Assembly (NCBI GenBank): GCA_035293945.1
Contig: DATGLV010000027.1
Location: 11,630 to 75,629, forward strand
From: Xanthobacteraceae bacterium
GTDB taxonomy: Bacteria; Pseudomonadota; Alphaproteobacteria; Rhizobiales; Xanthobacteraceae
Reading direction: 5' to 3'
DNA: 64,000 bases
This document shows positions 29,358-37,138 of the stretch, in pieces (position 1 is the first letter of the stretch; each line of letters opens with the position of its first letter). The notes beneath the pieces are model-generated. The model worked only from the letters and a program-made list of their open reading frames with translations. It ran no database searches and had not been told where the DNA came from. The translations under genes and the position numbers were made by a program.

Positions 29358-30203
29358 ATGAAAAAATGGAACATGATCATCGACGTCGCCGAGTGCACCA
29401 ATTGCAATCTGTGCACGCTCGCGACCATGGACGAATATGTCGACAATGAATTTCCCGGGTATACCAAGCCGATGCCGAAGCACGGGCACAAGTGGATCAA
29501 CATCCTGCAGAAGGAGCGCGGCCAGATCACCAACGGGTCGCCGATGATCGACATCGCCTATGTGCCGACCATGTGCAATCACTGCGACGCGGCGCCTTGC
29601 GTCGCCAAAGCAGGCGGCGCGATCAAGAAGCGTCCCGACGGGATCGTCCTCATCGATCCCGAGAAGGCCAAGGGCCGTAGAGACCTCGTCGATGCCTGCC
29701 CGTACGGGCACATCTGGTGGAACGAGGAGCTAGAGCTGCCGCAGGCCTGGCCCTTCGATGCGCATCTCATCGACGACGGCTGGCAGCAGACGCGCGGTCA
29801 CCAATCCTGCCCGACCGGAGCCATGCGGGCGGTCTCGCTCGAGGATGAGGATATGGCCCGCATGGTGCGCGAGGAGGGCCTCGAGGTGATGCGGAGCGAG
29901 CTCGGCACCAAGCCGCGCGTCTATTACCGGAATCTCTGGCGCTACACGAAATGCTTCATCGGCGGCAGCGTCTCGGCGGAGGCAGGTGGCGTGGTCGATT
30001 GCGTCGAGGGCGCGCGAGTGCGGCTCATCAAGGAGGGCCGCGAGATCGCGCAACAGGCGACCGACAATTACGGCGACTTCAAGTTCGACAAGCTCGACGA
30101 GAACTCCGGCAAATACACGGTCGAGATTTGCACAAACGGCCGCATCCGAACGATCGAGGCCAAGCTCGGCGCCAGCATCAATCTTGGCGAGATCCGGATC
30201 TAG
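29358..30203 (+). CDS. Fe-S (ferredoxin-type) small subunit of the transhydroxylase-like enzyme, with a C-terminal Ig/carboxypeptidase-regulatory-like domain
   Basis: It reads MIIDVAECTNCNLC, MCNHCDAAPCV, IVLIDPEKAKG...ACPYG and LGTKPRVYYRNLWRY. It starts 15 nt after the large subunit. Confidence 0.85.
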   Translation: MKKWNMIIDVAECTNCNLCTLATMDEYVDNEFPGYTKPMPKHGHKWINILQKERGQITNGSPMIDIAYVPTMCNHCDAAPCVAKAGGAIKKRPDGIVLIDPEKAKGRRDLVDACPYGHIWWNEELELPQAWPFDAHLIDDGWQQTRGHQSCPTGAMRAVSLEDEDMARMVREEGLEVMRSELGTKPRVYYRNLWRYTKCFIGGSVSAEAGGVVDCVEGARVRLIKEGREIAQQATDNYGDFKFDKLDENSGKYTVEICTNGRIRTIEAKLGASINLGEIRI

Positions 30204-30219
30204 GAAAGTCGCGCGCGGG

Positions 30220-30729
30220 ATGGGTATGCACACGGCGCTTGATGCAGATCCTTCCCTGCTGGACCAGCAGGAGAAGAATTTCGTTGCGAAAATCCGCGAG
30301 CATGGATGGTTCGGCACCAACGTCGGCGCCGACGACGAGGGTCCCGGGTTTTCCTATACGACCGGATTTTGGCTGAATCTCAAATTTCCCGAGATCATCA
30401 TCTTCTCACTGTCTGGGAAGGTCGCCCACGACACTTTCTGGTATATCTACAAAGAGCTGAAGGCGGGCGGGGCGTTCGAGATTGGCGAGCCGACGGACAC
30501 GATATTCGAGAGCTCGCAGGCAGTCCTGCTGGATGTCAATACGCGGCACTTTCCCGAGTTTCTCGGATGGAGCCGGTGGTTTTATGGGTCAGACAGCTTC
30601 AAGTGCCTGCAGCTGGTCTGGCCGGACCGCGAAGGAAGATTTCCGTGGGATCCCGCCGCAGCCGAGGAATTTGTTCGCAGCCAACCCTGCTTGACCGGCG
30701 GGGAATGGTCCAGCCTGCGTCGTCATTGA
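30220..30729 (+). CDS. DUF4262-like small protein
   Basis: The ATG at 30220 is in frame within track ORF 29986-30729. The pattern REHGW......D...PGFSYTTG...L.FPEIIIF matches my recollection of DUF4262. This was not verified by search. Confidence 0.55.
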   Translation: MGMHTALDADPSLLDQQEKNFVAKIREHGWFGTNVGADDEGPGFSYTTGFWLNLKFPEIIIFSLSGKVAHDTFWYIYKELKAGGAFEIGEPTDTIFESSQAVLLDVNTRHFPEFLGWSRWFYGSDSFKCLQLVWPDREGRFPWDPAAAEEFVRSQPCLTGGEWSSLRRH

Positions 30730-30808
30730 CACGACCTGATCATCTGTGCATCGCACGCGTGGGCGCGGCGCGTTCCGCCCCTTCGCCGACCCTACAGAGC
30801 GGGCGAAG

Positions 30809-31282
30809 ATGAGTTCAGCGCAGCTTATTCTTCCCGGCCTGGAAAGCTTCTACCAAGCACTTGGGCCCTGGGCGGAGGCGCTGCTGCGCGCCGTCGTCGG
30901 GCTCGCGCTGGTGCCGCACGGGTTGCGCATGGCGTTCGGCTTCTTCCCGGACACCGGCGGGCCGATCAAGAACCTGGCGATGATGGCCGAAGCGCTCGAC
31001 CGCTGGGGCTACCGTCCGGGCAAGCTGTGGGCCCCGCTCATTGCCGCGACCCAGCTGATTGCCGGTCCGCTCCTGGCGCTCGGGCTGTTCACGCGGGCCG
31101 CCGCAGTGCCGATATTTCTGTTCCTGCTCGTGTCCAACTTCGAACGCTGGCGCGTCGGCGGCTATTTCTGGAACACCCAGGGGCTCGAATACACGCTGAT
31201 GTGGACGGCCGGCGCCTTCTTTTTTTTGGTGCATGGCGGCGGCTTGATCTCGCTTGACCATGTCATCGGGCGCGCGTTTTAG
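30809..31282 (+). CDS. DoxX-family membrane protein
   Basis: It has four predicted TM helices. It shows LLRAVVGLALVPHGL and a C-terminal GGGLISLD motif typical of DoxX. Confidence 0.7.
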   Translation: MSSAQLILPGLESFYQALGPWAEALLRAVVGLALVPHGLRMAFGFFPDTGGPIKNLAMMAEALDRWGYRPGKLWAPLIAATQLIAGPLLALGLFTRAAAVPIFLFLLVSNFERWRVGGYFWNTQGLEYTLMWTAGAFFFLVHGGGLISLDHVIGRAF

Positions 31283-31289
31283 TGAGCTA

Positions 31290-31958
31290 ATGACTTCCAC
31301 CGGAACCCCTGCCAGCAAGGTCGATGTCGCCCCGGAATTCTGGGATAACATCTTTGCCCCGAGCTCCTGCCTGGTGTTGATCACCACTGTGGACCCGCGG
31401 GGCAATGTCAACGCGGCCGCGTTCGGGACCTGCACACGGGTCTGTCACGATCCGGTCTACATCGCCTTCACGTGCGGGAGCGGGAAGGATACCTACGACA
31501 ACGTGCTCGCAACCGGCGAGTTCGTGGTCAATGTGGTGCCGTTCGAGCAGCCGATGCTGGACCGCACGCTCCTATGCGGGCTGCCGTTTCGCGGCGGCAT
31601 AAGCGAGCTGGAAAAAGCCGGGCTCACCGCGATCCCGGCCCGGGAGGTGCGGCCGCCGCGCATTGCCGAGTGCCGCAGCCATTTCGAGTGCCGGGTTACC
31701 TGGACGCAGCAATGGCTGCATCGCCTGATGGTGTGTGGCAAGGTCGAGGCGGTCAGCATCGACGCCGACTGCATCACCGATCAGGGATTCATCCGCTGGG
31801 AGAAGGTGAAGCCGGCGCATTATTGCGGCATGCGCTACCAGGACCGCTTCGTTCCCGCCTACGACAAGCCGACCCGTGGGGCTTGGCGCTACGACGGGAG
31901 CGATGACGAATTCCGCGTCGGCGAGAACTGGCGCGGCGCCTACAAGAGCAGTGACTGA
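31290..31958 (+). CDS. flavin reductase-like (FMN-binding split-barrel) protein
   Basis: It reads LITTVDPRGNVNAAAFG, which is typical of PF01613-type flavin reductases. It starts 7 nt after the DoxX gene. Confidence 0.75.
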   Translation: MTSTGTPASKVDVAPEFWDNIFAPSSCLVLITTVDPRGNVNAAAFGTCTRVCHDPVYIAFTCGSGKDTYDNVLATGEFVVNVVPFEQPMLDRTLLCGLPFRGGISELEKAGLTAIPAREVRPPRIAECRSHFECRVTWTQQWLHRLMVCGKVEAVSIDADCITDQGFIRWEKVKPAHYCGMRYQDRFVPAYDKPTRGAWRYDGSDDEFRVGENWRGAYKSSD

Positions 31959-32019
31959 ACAGCGAATGTCCCGGAAAAGTGGCCCCCGGTCTTCCGAAAA
32001 AGGAGATGTGCCAGGGAAA

Positions 32020-34068
32020 ATGGCGCAGGCCGTTGCCGTCGACATCGGCGGCACATTTACCGATCTTGTCGCCTACGATCACGAGAATGGCAGGGTCGCT
32101 TACACCAAAAGCCCGACCACCTACGGGAATCTTGTCGACGGCGTGCTCGACTGCTTCGCCAAAGCCAAGCTTGATCCCGCCTCCGCCAATTTCGTCAATC
32201 ACGGCACGACGCTGGTCATCAACGCGCTGATCCAGCGCAAGGGTGCCAAAGCGGCGCTGGTCACGACCCAAGGCTTCCGCGACATCCTGGAAATCGCCCG
32301 CGGCAATCGGCCCGATCCGTTCGACCTGCACTATCGCCGCGATGAGCCCTTGATCCCGCGCGAGCTTCGTTTCGAAGTGAAGGAACGGATCGGCAGCAAA
32401 GGCGAGATCGTCACCCCGTTAGACACGGTAGGGCTCGGGCAGCTCGCCGACAGGCTCGAGGCGCTCAACATCGAGGCGGTCGCGATCTTCTTCATGAACT
32501 CCTATGCCAATCCGGCGCATGAGGAGCAGGCCGCAGCGCTGCTGCGCGCCCGCCTGCCGAACGCCTATGTGACCTTTTCGACTGAGCTGACGCGAGAATG
32601 GTACGAGTACGAGCGCACCTCGACGGTCGCCGCCAATGCCTATGTCGGGCCGCAGGTCACCCGCTACATCCGCCGGCTGGAAGATGACCTCGAGATCAAG
32701 GGATTTGGCGGCTCGCTCTACATGATGGGCTCCAACGGCGGCTTGCTTTCGGTTGAGCGCAGCTGCGCCCAGCCGGTGGCGCTGGTGGAGTCAGGGCCGA
32801 TCGGCGGCTGCATCGGGGCCGGTGCCTACGCGGAAGCGCTGGGCTTTGCCAATGTGGTCGCCTTCGACATGGGGGGCACCACGGCCAAATGCGCGCTGGT
32901 CGAGAACGGCCGCTTCTCGGTCGACTCGGTCTACTACGCGGGCGGCTATGTGAAAGGCTTCCCGATCAAGTCCTCGGTCATCGACATCGTCGAGGTTGGC
33001 TCGGGCGGCGGCTCGATCGCCTGGCTCGATCCGCAGAACCGCCTGCATGTCGGCCCACAGAGCGCCGGCTCGACGCCGGGTCCGGCCTGCTACGGAAACG
33101 GCGGCACCGAGCCCACCGTGACGGATGCGAACCTGGTGCTGGGGCGACTCAATCCTGCGCGTTTCCTTGGCGGCGAGCTCAAGCTCGATACCGCGGCCGC
33201 GGAGGCAGCAATTGCGCGGATCGCCGGTCCCTTAGGGTATTCGGGACATGACGGATCGATCCGCATGGCCGAGGGAATCTTGTCGCTCGCAACCGTCATC
33301 ATGGCTGGCGCGATCAAACAAATTTCCATCGAGCATGGTCTCGATCCGCGCGAATTCGTGCTGTTCTGCTATGGCGGCGGGGGACCTCTGCACGCGAGTG
33401 CGCTGGCACGTGAGCTCGCGATCCCGACCGTCGTGGTGCCGCCGGAGCCCGGCAATTTCTCGGCGGTCGGCATGCTGCTCGCCGATGCACGGCTCGATCT
33501 TTCCAAGACCTTTGTGGGCATCCTCGACGCGGGCTCGGTCGAGAGCCTCAAATCCGCGTTCGCCGAGATGGAAGATGAGGCGCGCGCCGCTCTCGCGGCG
33601 GACTTCGCCGCACAAGATGTGTTGTTCGAGCGCTATGCGGAAATGCGCTACGCCGGACAGCGCCACAATATCAAGGTGCCAATCTCCGGACGCAACGATC
33701 CCGCGGGCATCCGCGAGGCATTCGACCGCGACTACAAGCGCCGCTACGGGCATGCGGACCTGAAGGCCGCAGCCGAGCTGCAGGCGCTGCATCTCTCCGC
33801 CTTCACGCGCCTGCGCCGGCCGGAGCTTGCCCGCTTGCCGCGCGCGATTGCGGGAACGCTGGTGGCGACCCAGCGCTCGGTTTTCTTCGGCAATGGCGGG
33901 GGAATGCGCGATGCCTTGGTGTACGAGCGCACCGCACTTCGGCCAGGATTTGCCGCAGCCGGGCCGGCTTTGATCGAGGAATACGGATCGACCACGCTGA
34001 TCGCACCCGGCGACCGTTTCGAGATCGGGACGCTCGGGGAAATCCGCATTCACTGCGGTCGGAGCTGA
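32020..34068 (+). CDS. hydantoinase/oxoprolinase family protein, A (HyuA-like) subunit
   Basis: The ATG at 32020 gives MAQAVAVDIGGTFTDLVAYD, the ASKHA-fold phosphate-1 motif. A second one is present (AFDMGGTTAKCALV). Confidence 0.85.
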   Translation: MAQAVAVDIGGTFTDLVAYDHENGRVAYTKSPTTYGNLVDGVLDCFAKAKLDPASANFVNHGTTLVINALIQRKGAKAALVTTQGFRDILEIARGNRPDPFDLHYRRDEPLIPRELRFEVKERIGSKGEIVTPLDTVGLGQLADRLEALNIEAVAIFFMNSYANPAHEEQAAALLRARLPNAYVTFSTELTREWYEYERTSTVAANAYVGPQVTRYIRRLEDDLEIKGFGGSLYMMGSNGGLLSVERSCAQPVALVESGPIGGCIGAGAYAEALGFANVVAFDMGGTTAKCALVENGRFSVDSVYYAGGYVKGFPIKSSVIDIVEVGSGGGSIAWLDPQNRLHVGPQSAGSTPGPACYGNGGTEPTVTDANLVLGRLNPARFLGGELKLDTAAAEAAIARIAGPLGYSGHDGSIRMAEGILSLATVIMAGAIKQISIEHGLDPREFVLFCYGGGGPLHASALARELAIPTVVVPPEPGNFSAVGMLLADARLDLSKTFVGILDAGSVESLKSAFAEMEDEARAALAADFAAQDVLFERYAEMRYAGQRHNIKVPISGRNDPAGIREAFDRDYKRRYGHADLKAAAELQALHLSAFTRLRRPELARLPRAIAGTLVATQRSVFFGNGGGMRDALVYERTALRPGFAAAGPALIEEYGSTTLIAPGDRFEIGTLGEIRIHCGRS

Positions 34069-34074
34069 CAGCCG

Positions 34075-35814
34075 ATGCGGCAGGATCCGAAATTCCAAGC
34101 AGCGCTGCCCTCCGCCGCGGCCGCCGGGATCGATCCGATCACGCTCGAAGTGATCCGCCATCGGCTCGTCTCGATCGCCAACCAGATCGACGCCAACATC
34201 AAGCGCACGGCGTTCAGCCCCTACATCTATGAATACAATGATTTCGCCGTCGGCCTGACCGGCCCCCAAGGGCAGCTCATCGCCCAATGCACCGGCGGCA
34301 TGCCGCCGTTCGTGGCCGACTCGGTCGGCATGGCGGTGCGCGATGGGCTTGCGATCTACGGCCGCGAGCGCCTGTTCCACGGCGACGTCGTTGTCTGCAA
34401 CCACGCGGCCGTGCAGGGCCAGCACCTCAACAACACGGTGATGTATACCCCGATCTATGCGGGCGAGCGGCGCGAAAGCTTGATCGGATTCTTCGCCATC
34501 AATGTGCACTGGATCGAGATCGGCGGCATCCAGACCAACTCGACCGATATCTTCATGGAAGGCCTGCAGCTGCGCTCCATCAAGATGTGGTCGAAGGGCG
34601 AACCGATCGAGGAAGTCTACCGGATCATTGAGAACAATACCCGCATGCCGCTCGAGCTGATGGGCGATATCGCGGCCCAGCTCGCCGGTTGTTTCCTGGG
34701 ACGCGACCTCACCGCCGAGCTCGCCGACAAATACGGCATCGCGATCTTTGCGCGCGCGATCGAGCTCATCCTCGATCAATCGGAAGCGGCAGCGCGTGCC
34801 TTCATCGCCGCCATGCCGGACGGCGTCTATGCGACCGAGACCTATCTCGACAATGATCGTTCCGGCGACACGCCGGTGCCCATCAAGGTGAAGGTGATCG
34901 TGGAGGGCGACGAGCTCACGGTCGACTATTCGGAGATTGCCGCACAGGCCAAAGGGCCGATCAATTCCGGCTATTTCGGTGGCGGCCAGACCACTGCCCG
35001 CGTCGCCTTCAAGTATTTGCTGGGCGCCGCCGAGATGGCGAACGAAGGCACGTTCCGTCCGATCAAGCTGATCCTGCCGCCCGGCAAGCTGCTCAGCGCC
35101 GATCCGACGGCGCCGATGTTCATGTATCCAACGCCGTTCCCGACCGTGATCGATGCGGTCATCAAGGCGCTCGAGAGCGCGTTGCCGGCACGGGTACCGG
35201 GCGGGCATTTCGGCACCCATTCGGGCGTTCGCTTCTACGGCCGGCGACCGAACGGATCGTTCTTCGACAGCCATGATAGCGGCCATGGCGGCTGGGGCGC
35301 CTGTGCGACCCACGACGGCGCCGGACCTTTCCGCACCATGGCGCATGGCGACACGCGCATCATTCCGCTCGAATTACAGGAAGCGATCCTGCCGTTCCGG
35401 ATCGAGGAATTCTCGTTGCGGGAGGACTCCGCCGGCCCCGGCACGTTTCGCGGCGGGCTCGGGTTCCGCAAAGTCTATCGCATGCTGGCGGAATGCCGGC
35501 TGCAGACCAATCTCGATCGCACCTTATGCCCGCCCTGGGGAGTGCGGGGCGGCGGTGACGCCAAGCCCGGCCGCTTCAGCATCGTGCGGGCGGGATCGGA
35601 CAATCCCGAGAGCATCGACAAGCAGAACGCCTTTCCGCTGCAGCGTGGTGATCTGGTTTGCGTGGAGACCGGCGGAGGGGGCGGTTACGGGCCCCCTGCG
35701 GGACGCGCGCTCGCACTCATTCAACGGGACATCGATGCCGGCTATATTTCGCCCGCAGCCGCCGCGCACGACTATGGGGTGAGGATCGCGAGCGACGGCA
35801 AGGTGCATCGCTGA
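34075..35814 (+). CDS. hydantoinase B/oxoprolinase family protein (HyuB-like)
   Basis: It reads DPITLEVIRHRLVSIANQ...RTAFSPYIYEYNDFAVGL and ends with GGGGYGPP. It starts 6 nt after the A subunit. Confidence 0.85.
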   Translation: MRQDPKFQAALPSAAAAGIDPITLEVIRHRLVSIANQIDANIKRTAFSPYIYEYNDFAVGLTGPQGQLIAQCTGGMPPFVADSVGMAVRDGLAIYGRERLFHGDVVVCNHAAVQGQHLNNTVMYTPIYAGERRESLIGFFAINVHWIEIGGIQTNSTDIFMEGLQLRSIKMWSKGEPIEEVYRIIENNTRMPLELMGDIAAQLAGCFLGRDLTAELADKYGIAIFARAIELILDQSEAAARAFIAAMPDGVYATETYLDNDRSGDTPVPIKVKVIVEGDELTVDYSEIAAQAKGPINSGYFGGGQTTARVAFKYLLGAAEMANEGTFRPIKLILPPGKLLSADPTAPMFMYPTPFPTVIDAVIKALESALPARVPGGHFGTHSGVRFYGRRPNGSFFDSHDSGHGGWGACATHDGAGPFRTMAHGDTRIIPLELQEAILPFRIEEFSLREDSAGPGTFRGGLGFRKVYRMLAECRLQTNLDRTLCPPWGVRGGGDAKPGRFSIVRAGSDNPESIDKQNAFPLQRGDLVCVETGGGGGYGPPAGRALALIQRDIDAGYISPAAAAHDYGVRIASDGKVHR

Positions 35815-35887
35815 CCCTACGTTGACACTGTGTGCGAAATTCCAATCGTGCGCCGGTGAAAAAAACGGCGAGAGACCTGGAGAGAGC

Positions 35888-36970
35888 GTGAATCCACTTC
35901 GTCGGTGCCTTTTCGGTCTCATTCTCATCGCGGCCGTGCCGCTTGCCTGCCTGCCGGCGCGCGCGCAGGAGATCAATCCCGCTTTGAAGGAGCTGGCGGC
36001 TGCGGCGACCCAAGAGGGCGTCGTGACGCTGAGCTGGAGCCAAGCAACGCTGGGCGGCAGCCAGGGCGCGGCGCGCATCGTCGCGGCGATGAACAAGGCG
36101 TTCGCCGCCAATATCCGTCTCAACTTTCTTCCCGGGCCCGATATGGCGCGCGCCGTCAACCAGGTGGCGACGGAGCTCGCGGCAGGCCAGAAGTCGCATA
36201 CGGATCTGGTGCTCGCCGCGGCCCCACAGATCGCTCCGATTGTGAAGCTCAACGTCTTTGCACCGGTCCGTTGGGCGCGCTATTTGCCGGACCGGATCAC
36301 GCCGGCGATGACGGAGCTCGACGGCAAGATCATCCGCTTTGCGACCGGCCTTTCCGGCGTCACCTACAATTCAGCGCTCGCCCCGGAGCAACCGATCGCG
36401 CTTCAGGATTTCCTCAGGCCTGCGTGGAAGGGGAAGATCGCCTCGACACCCTACGCGGCCGGCCTCGACGTGCTGATGGCCGAAGACGTCTGGGGAAGAG
36501 AGAAGACAGTCGACTATGTGCGGGCACTCTCCAAGCAAATCGCCGGCGTCATGCGCTGTGGCGAAACGGAGCGAGTTGCGACCGGGGAATATCTGGCGTT
36601 GGTGATGGACTGCACCGGCCAGGACGCTTTGTTGTGGCAGGAGAAGGGCGCCCCGGTTGCGCAGCTGATCCCACGCGACGCAGCGGAACGGCGCTATTAC
36701 TATTTCGGCGTGCCGACGAACGCACAGCATCCGAATGCCGCCAAGCTGTTCGCGCTCTTTCTGATGACCCCCGAGGGTCAGCGGCTCGCCTACGAGACCT
36801 GGAAGATCGATCTGCATCTGTTCCCCGGCTCGAAAACCGGCAGCATGATCGCCGACTACGAGAAGCGCGGTGTCGCGTTCAAGGAAGTCACGGTGGAATG
36901 GTGGGCCGCCCATCCGGAGATCGAAGCTGGCCGCAGCGAGCTCATCAAGATTCTCACCACCAAGGAATGA
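35888..36970 (+). CDS. ABC transporter periplasmic substrate-binding protein (family-1, iron/polyamine-like)
   Basis: The GTG at 35888 follows GGAGAGAG. The signal peptide is LRRCLFGLILIAAVPLACLPARAQE. The fold assignment rests on overall pattern only. Confidence 0.7.
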   Translation: MNPLRRCLFGLILIAAVPLACLPARAQEINPALKELAAAATQEGVVTLSWSQATLGGSQGAARIVAAMNKAFAANIRLNFLPGPDMARAVNQVATELAAGQKSHTDLVLAAAPQIAPIVKLNVFAPVRWARYLPDRITPAMTELDGKIIRFATGLSGVTYNSALAPEQPIALQDFLRPAWKGKIASTPYAAGLDVLMAEDVWGREKTVDYVRALSKQIAGVMRCGETERVATGEYLALVMDCTGQDALLWQEKGAPVAQLIPRDAAERRYYYFGVPTNAQHPNAAKLFALFLMTPEGQRLAYETWKIDLHLFPGSKTGSMIADYEKRGVAFKEVTVEWWAAHPEIEAGRSELIKILTTKE

Positions 36971-36989
36971 GCGGCTAAAGTCGATAGCG

Positions 36990-37125
36990 ATCACGCCGTC
37001 ATCCCTGCGAAAGCAGGGACCCATGCCGCCGTGTTCTCTCGATAGCGCGCAGCAGTATGGGTCCCGGGTCTCGCCATCAGCGCGTTTACGCGCGTCTTTG
37101 ACGCGCTATGGCTCGCCCGGAACGA
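36990..37125. repeat. REP-like intergenic hairpin element
   Basis: One perfect hairpin is TCCCTGC-gaaa-GCAGGGA (37002-37019). A second is CGCGTC-ttt-GACGCG at about 37091-37105. The antisense strand reads MGPCFRRDD, which I recognise as the signature of a dispersed repeat of Bradyrhizobiaceae genomes. This comes from memory and was not searched. Confidence 0.5.
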
Positions 37126-37138
37126 CTTCGGAGGGACC

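Noticed and set aside
26103-29711. Reverse-strand ORFs of 341-366 aa (26103-27203, 27306-28334, 28686-29711) antisense to the molybdoenzyme genes.
   Set aside because: They are shadow ORFs of a GC-rich gene. They have no recognisable domains, and the sense frame has unambiguous family motifs.
33232-35346. A 704-aa reverse ORF antisense to hydantoinase A/B. Similar cases are the 685-aa ORF at 40904-42961 and the 377-aa ORF at 42901-44034, antisense to the kinases.
   Set aside because: The reasoning is the same. They are low-complexity, Arg/Asp/Gly/His-rich translations with no motifs, and the sense strands carry clear catalytic motifs.
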